Positions 61,008 to 64,000 of a stretch of 64,000 nt of DNA are shown one piece after another (the first letter of the stretch is position 1; each line of letters opens with the position of its first letter). The notes beneath the pieces were generated by a model. The model worked only from the letters and a program-made list of their open reading frames with translations, had not been told where the DNA came from and did no database searches. Both the position numbers and the translations under genes were made by a program. This DNA comes from a virus. Location: the IMG/VR virus record IMGVR_UViG_3300022918_000001, positions 1 to 64,000 of that record. One strand, written 5' to 3'.

Positions 61008-61426
61008 TTGATTATGTTTAGTGTTGATTGTGCATAGCTAGGCTTATATCCCTTGAAGACTCATAATTTAAGCCTTTAAAGAATTTGATAGTGTAATTAA
61101 CCTTTGATTGGTTTAGCATTTACTATCCATGCTCGCCGTCTACCTGATGTCCCTCCCCTTTGTGTACTCCTACCGTAGGTTCTTATTCATCAGCAATTCC
61201 ATTTATTATCTTGTTTTCACTTCAAGGTCGAGAGTTGACGCCTAATCATTGCTCCCACTGTTAATGGACAGAACTTTGAACTTGTTATTTTTGTGTGGAT
61301 TTCTGCAAGTTATCCGATCGGTACAACATCTACAACCGATATGCAATATTACGAATTGTTACTTAAATAAAAAAGCCACTCTAATCTGGCGACTGAATGG
61401 CTTAGTATTTTGGATAACTTGCATTA

Positions 61427-61456
61427 CAAAAGTAAGCATAACTACCATTTTATCAA
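61427..61456 (-). promoter_or_regulatory. consensus Bacteroidota promoter TTG-N19-TACTTTTG on the - strand
   Basis: On the - strand: TTG at 61456-61454, a 19-nt spacer, then TACTTTTG at 61434-61427. Begins 10 nt after the stop of the HTH gene. Confidence 0.55.
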
Positions 61457-61466
61457 TCGATTTATT

Positions 61467-61694
61467 TCAAGCCGATGTAATCCCGTATGTTTTAAGTAGC
61501 AACATTACCACCCTAAATGATGGGTTTGGCACCTTTTTTTGCTCTATTTGGGATAGATAAGGATTTGATATTCCAGTTAAACCCTCAACTTGACGTAGAG
61601 TTAAACTGTTTTTTACCCGCATCCCTTTAAAATCAATTTGTTCTAAAGTCTTCTCAACGTCCTCAACGTCAATTAGTATTTTGTTTTGTTCCAT
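61467..61694 (-). CDS. XRE-type HTH regulator
   Basis: SLTLRQVEGLTGISNPYLSQIEQKKVPNPSFRVVMLLLKTYG is an HTH_3 pattern. Confidence 0.75.
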   Translation of the reverse strand: MEQNKILIDVEDVEKTLEQIDFKGMRVKNSLTLRQVEGLTGISNPYLSQIEQKKVPNPSFRVVMLLLKTYGITSA

Positions 61695-61698
61695 ATCC

Positions 61699-61908
61699 TT
61701 ATTTTATTTGTTCTTTCAATAGTTCAACCTCATGTTGCAATTGCTCATTAGCTAATTGAAGGGTAAGAATAGTATCGTTAGCCTGTTTGAGTAGAGGCTC
61801 TATTTCTTGCCTATAATCTTCTCTTTCCATTTGCCTAGTAATCCATTCACATTCTACGGGATTAAAGCAGTCACGCCCTAATACACCGCCACAACTGTTA
61901 CAAATCAT
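61699..61908 (-). CDS. small zinc-ribbon/coiled-coil protein
   Basis: MICNSCGG...CFNPVEC, then a heptad-like LTLQLANEQLQHEVELLKEQ. Confidence 0.5.
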   Translation of the reverse strand: MICNSCGGVLGRDCFNPVECEWITRQMEREDYRQEIEPLLKQANDTILTLQLANEQLQHEVELLKEQIK

Positions 61909-62262
61909 ATTTCATTTATTTTAGGTTTATGCCGTCATACTTTTTCATCAAGGCTTCGGACTTGCATAGGCGTATTTACATAATTTACCATGCAAGCTAA
62001 TCACTCAAATACATGGGGCACGTTTTACATGGTGTTGTATTCTTCACCGATGCGAGTTGTTTAGACTCCTTTTACAAATCCGTTAAGGATAAGTTACGCC
62101 TTTGATTTTGATTCGGGTTAAGTTGGTCTTTTCTCCCTAGCTTTTTGGTTAGCACACCTGCAATGACGTAACATTGCAATACGACATACATTTATACACT
62201 ATATGTTTTGTGTTGGTTCCCTATCCGGTGCGATGACGGATTTACGCATTAGGGAATGTTAG

Positions 62263-62499
62263 CTATTTTGAGTCCTCTTTTATTGCCTTGACCCATTGTT
62301 GGGCGTGTGTTATGTTGCTATTTATGAATTTATTGCTTGTTTCACTTATAACACGTAGTATTGATGCTTTAAGTTCAGGCGATATTTGCTCTTTACTTTC
62401 ACTTATTAAATCAGATACCGAACTATAAATATTGTAAGTCTGTATATCCCCTAGAATGTCTAAAACCTGATCTAGTGCTTTTTCTCTTAAATTTCCCAT
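62263..62499 (-). CDS. hypothetical protein
   Basis: 78-aa ORF. Confidence 0.5.
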   Translation of the reverse strand: MGNLREKALDQVLDILGDIQTYNIYSSVSDLISESKEQISPELKASILRVISETSNKFINSNITHAQQWVKAIKEDSK

Positions 62500-62503
62500 T
62501 ATT

Positions 62504-62800
62504 CTATAGTGCTTTTAAATATTGTTCAACCTCTGTTAATTGTGTTTGTCTAAACCTAATCGTGTAATCGAAATAAGACGTTTTAAAGGACTTTCTTTTC
62601 TTTCTGTAGTAATCAGTCACATTAACATTAAATCGTGTCTGTATGAGCTTAAAAATAGTGTCATTGCAAGTGTTTACTATGAATGAATACTTTAATTGTT
62701 TGATTGTTGTTTCATCCGCTACTAATCGGCTTTTATACCGTTGGCCAAATCCCGCTAAACTCATTAACAGGATAAGGCAGGTTAGTTTAATGGTTTTCAT
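62504..62800 (-). CDS. hypothetical secreted-type small protein
   Basis: Signal-like MKTIKLTCLILLMSLAGFGQ. Confidence 0.5.
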   Translation of the reverse strand: MKTIKLTCLILLMSLAGFGQRYKSRLVADETTIKQLKYSFIVNTCNDTIFKLIQTRFNVNVTDYYRKKRKSFKTSYFDYTIRFRQTQLTEVEQYLKAL

Positions 62801-63194
62801 TGTACCATTTAATAAACTCTACTACTACGGTATAAACACTTTCAATTTTGGATACTTTAAGGTTTTGCTCTGTAATACTTAATTGTAAAAGATTACCCGC
62901 TATTGTACCCTCATTGCTATTTTCTATTGTAGTAATAGTATTGCCGTTTGAGTATTTATTTGCCCTTATGGATGTGTAAAAGCCTAGAGCCTCTATTTTT
63001 TCAACTACAGGTATTAACCAATCCCATGACTTATGATATTTAAGTATTTTACCCGCTCCTAAATCTATAGTGTCATGTCTACAAATACCGTGATTAGGTA
63101 ACCATAAATTATTTGATTGAATAGTATAGTGAGTGTCTTTGTCGTATTTAGCACCCATAAAATCAGCTATCAATTTATTATTTTGCACTTCCAT
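62787..63194 (-). CDS. hypothetical protein
   Basis: 135-aa ORF. The LKYHKSWDWLIPVVEKIE block recurs in phage hypothetical proteins. Confidence 0.55.
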   Translation of the reverse strand: MEVQNNKLIADFMGAKYDKDTHYTIQSNNLWLPNHGICRHDTIDLGAGKILKYHKSWDWLIPVVEKIEALGFYTSIRANKYSNGNTITTIENSNEGTIAGNLLQLSITEQNLKVSKIESVYTVVVEFIKWYNENH

Positions 63195-63226
63195 TTCATT
63201 TATTATTTAGTCCCTGCTAAGGGAGG

Positions 63227-63952
63227 TTAGTTAATCTCTGCCAATTGTTCAATTTGTTCTTCGGAAAATAGCAGTGTAATATTTTGCCATTCTTCACAAA
63301 CTGCATTGTATGTTTTTTCGGCTGACCTGCTATCTTCATCGTAACCGTATGAACTACAAAAATCTTCAAAGCTGTAAGGGTCATATTTGTTTAAGCAAGC
63401 CAAAACATCATACTCGGATGGTGTAGGGTTTTCTTCTCCCTGTAAGCTTTTAGAAAACACTTGTTCGGTTTCTAATTCTGTAATCCTACGCTTAATGGCG
63501 TTTTTTACGCATTGTTCAACTAAGCCCCTTTTAACTGATGCAACAATTTGGCTATCCCTTTGATCTCTGGAAATCTTTCCGGCATCAAATAACTCATATG
63601 CCTTTTTAGTTTTTTCAGAACCGACTGAATTTATTTGTCGTTCTAATTCATCAAAATACTTTGTTAACAGTTCGTAATCTGTATTTAGTAATTGATATTT
63701 AGTTAGTGTAATATTAATGCCCGCTTGGAAAGGTTTGTTTCCCATGCTTTTTAAGCCCGCATAAACGATTATTTCATCTGATTCTATCAGTTGACTCATT
63801 TTTGATTCCATACCGCAAGAATCTTTTATACTAGAGCCAAAATCAAAGGTGTAATTGTGATTATGGTTTGAAATGGTAACCTCAAATATATTTCGTTTCT
63901 GTCCGTCCTTATCCCACGGCATTAAACCAAACTCTTTGAATTTAATTTCCAT
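63227..63952 (-). CDS. hypothetical protein (start uncertain)
   Basis: 241-aa ORF. The same frame has no stop between 63953 and 64000 (KYQQQALDFLNATNTT-M...), so the gene may begin beyond the window. Confidence 0.5.
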   Translation of the reverse strand: MEIKFKEFGLMPWDKDGQKRNIFEVTISNHNHNYTFDFGSSIKDSCGMESKMSQLIESDEIIVYAGLKSMGNKPFQAGINITLTKYQLLNTDYELLTKYFDELERQINSVGSEKTKKAYELFDAGKISRDQRDSQIVASVKRGLVEQCVKNAIKRRITELETEQVFSKSLQGEENPTPSEYDVLACLNKYDPYSFEDFCSSYGYDEDSRSAEKTYNAVCEEWQNITLLFSEEQIEQLAEIN

Positions 63953-64000
63953 TGTGGTATTAGTAGCATTTAAAAAATCTAATGCCTGTTGCTGATATTT

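Noticed and set aside
61408-61416. DnaA-box-like sequences (TTTGGATAA at 61408-61416; GGTGGATAA near 58462-58470) as a binding site for the phage DnaA-domain-IV protein or an origin.
   Set aside because: Each matches the TGTGGATAA consensus at only 8 of 9 positions. They occur singly rather than clustered, and one lies inside a coding region. This is not distinguishable from chance by eye.
61249-61560. 103-aa + strand ORF inside the long noncoding gap.
   Set aside because: It has a TTG start only and runs against the polarity of the whole early block. It spans the promoter and hairpin and overlaps the end of the HTH gene. No motif was recognised, so it is treated as noncoding.
1-64000. tRNA genes, CRISPR arrays, integrase/excisionase or transposase genes, and a temperate lifestyle.
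   Set aside because: I saw no T-loop-like GGTTCGAAT(C) or reverse-complement matches outside coding sequence, and no spaced direct-repeat array. No tyrosine/serine recombinase or DDE motifs appear in any ORF. Two Cro/CI-type HTH regulators alone do not justify calling lysogeny. A proper tRNAscan/Infernal run was not possible.

Overview
This window reads as most of an AT-rich, tightly packed dsDNA bacteriophage genome. Two convergent gene blocks meet at about 43.95-44.01 kb.

The + strand block (1-43952) runs in this order:
- a replication-initiator-like wHTH protein (5' end outside the window) and a Prim-Pol/helicase fusion;
- YopX and a glycosyltransferase-like gene;
- a morphogenesis module in podovirus (T7-like) order: large terminase, a two-domain glycosyltransferase, portal, scaffold and major capsid;
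- connector- and tail-sized proteins and a 1355-aa Ig-domain protein;
- three internal-virion-sized proteins, one of 1986 aa;
- fibre proteins carrying PKD and SGNH-esterase domains;
- a cluster of small membrane proteins;
- an amidase endolysin with holin-like partners.

The - strand block (64000 down to 44014) is an early/DNA-metabolism block of about 50 mostly small ORFs. Recognisable genes are two XRE-type HTH regulators, a Rad52/Sak-like annealase with a Gp157 partner, a DUF1064-like nuclease, an Rnl2-family RNA ligase, a C5 cytosine methyltransferase, a DnaA domain-IV-only protein and dUTPase. There are also several HNH/NUMOD homing-endonuclease-like genes.

Repeated TAnnTTTG (-7) elements, some with TTG about 17-20 nt upstream, sit just after hairpin/T-run terminators. 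No Shine-Dalgarno signal is obvious. Both points suggest a Bacteroidota (probably Flavobacteriia) host.

No tRNA, rRNA, CRISPR array, integrase or transposase was recognised by eye.

Observations most worth follow-up:
1. An A9 tract separates a 48-codon leader ORF from the 1986-aa giant ORF, so a 1-nt slip would fuse them.
2. An in-frame amber codon splits a PD-(D/E)XK nuclease-like gene inside its conserved motif.
3. Glycosyltransferase genes are embedded in the packaging/head module.
4. A 1275-aa fibre-like protein has a signal-peptide-like N-terminus, a complete SGNH esterase motif set and three repeats.
5. A nested 15+7 bp hairpin carries a 14-nt loop sequence with a perfect distal complement (53354-53547), next to the RNA ligase gene.
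6. Three unusually long stop-rich noncoding gaps lie in the early block (60253-60494, 60903-61466, 61909-62262). One holds a consensus promoter firing into a hairpin.
7. A candidate unimolecular spanin.
8. A DnaA-DBD-only protein.

All functional calls come from motif recognition by eye and from synteny. No database search, fold prediction or statistics could be run.
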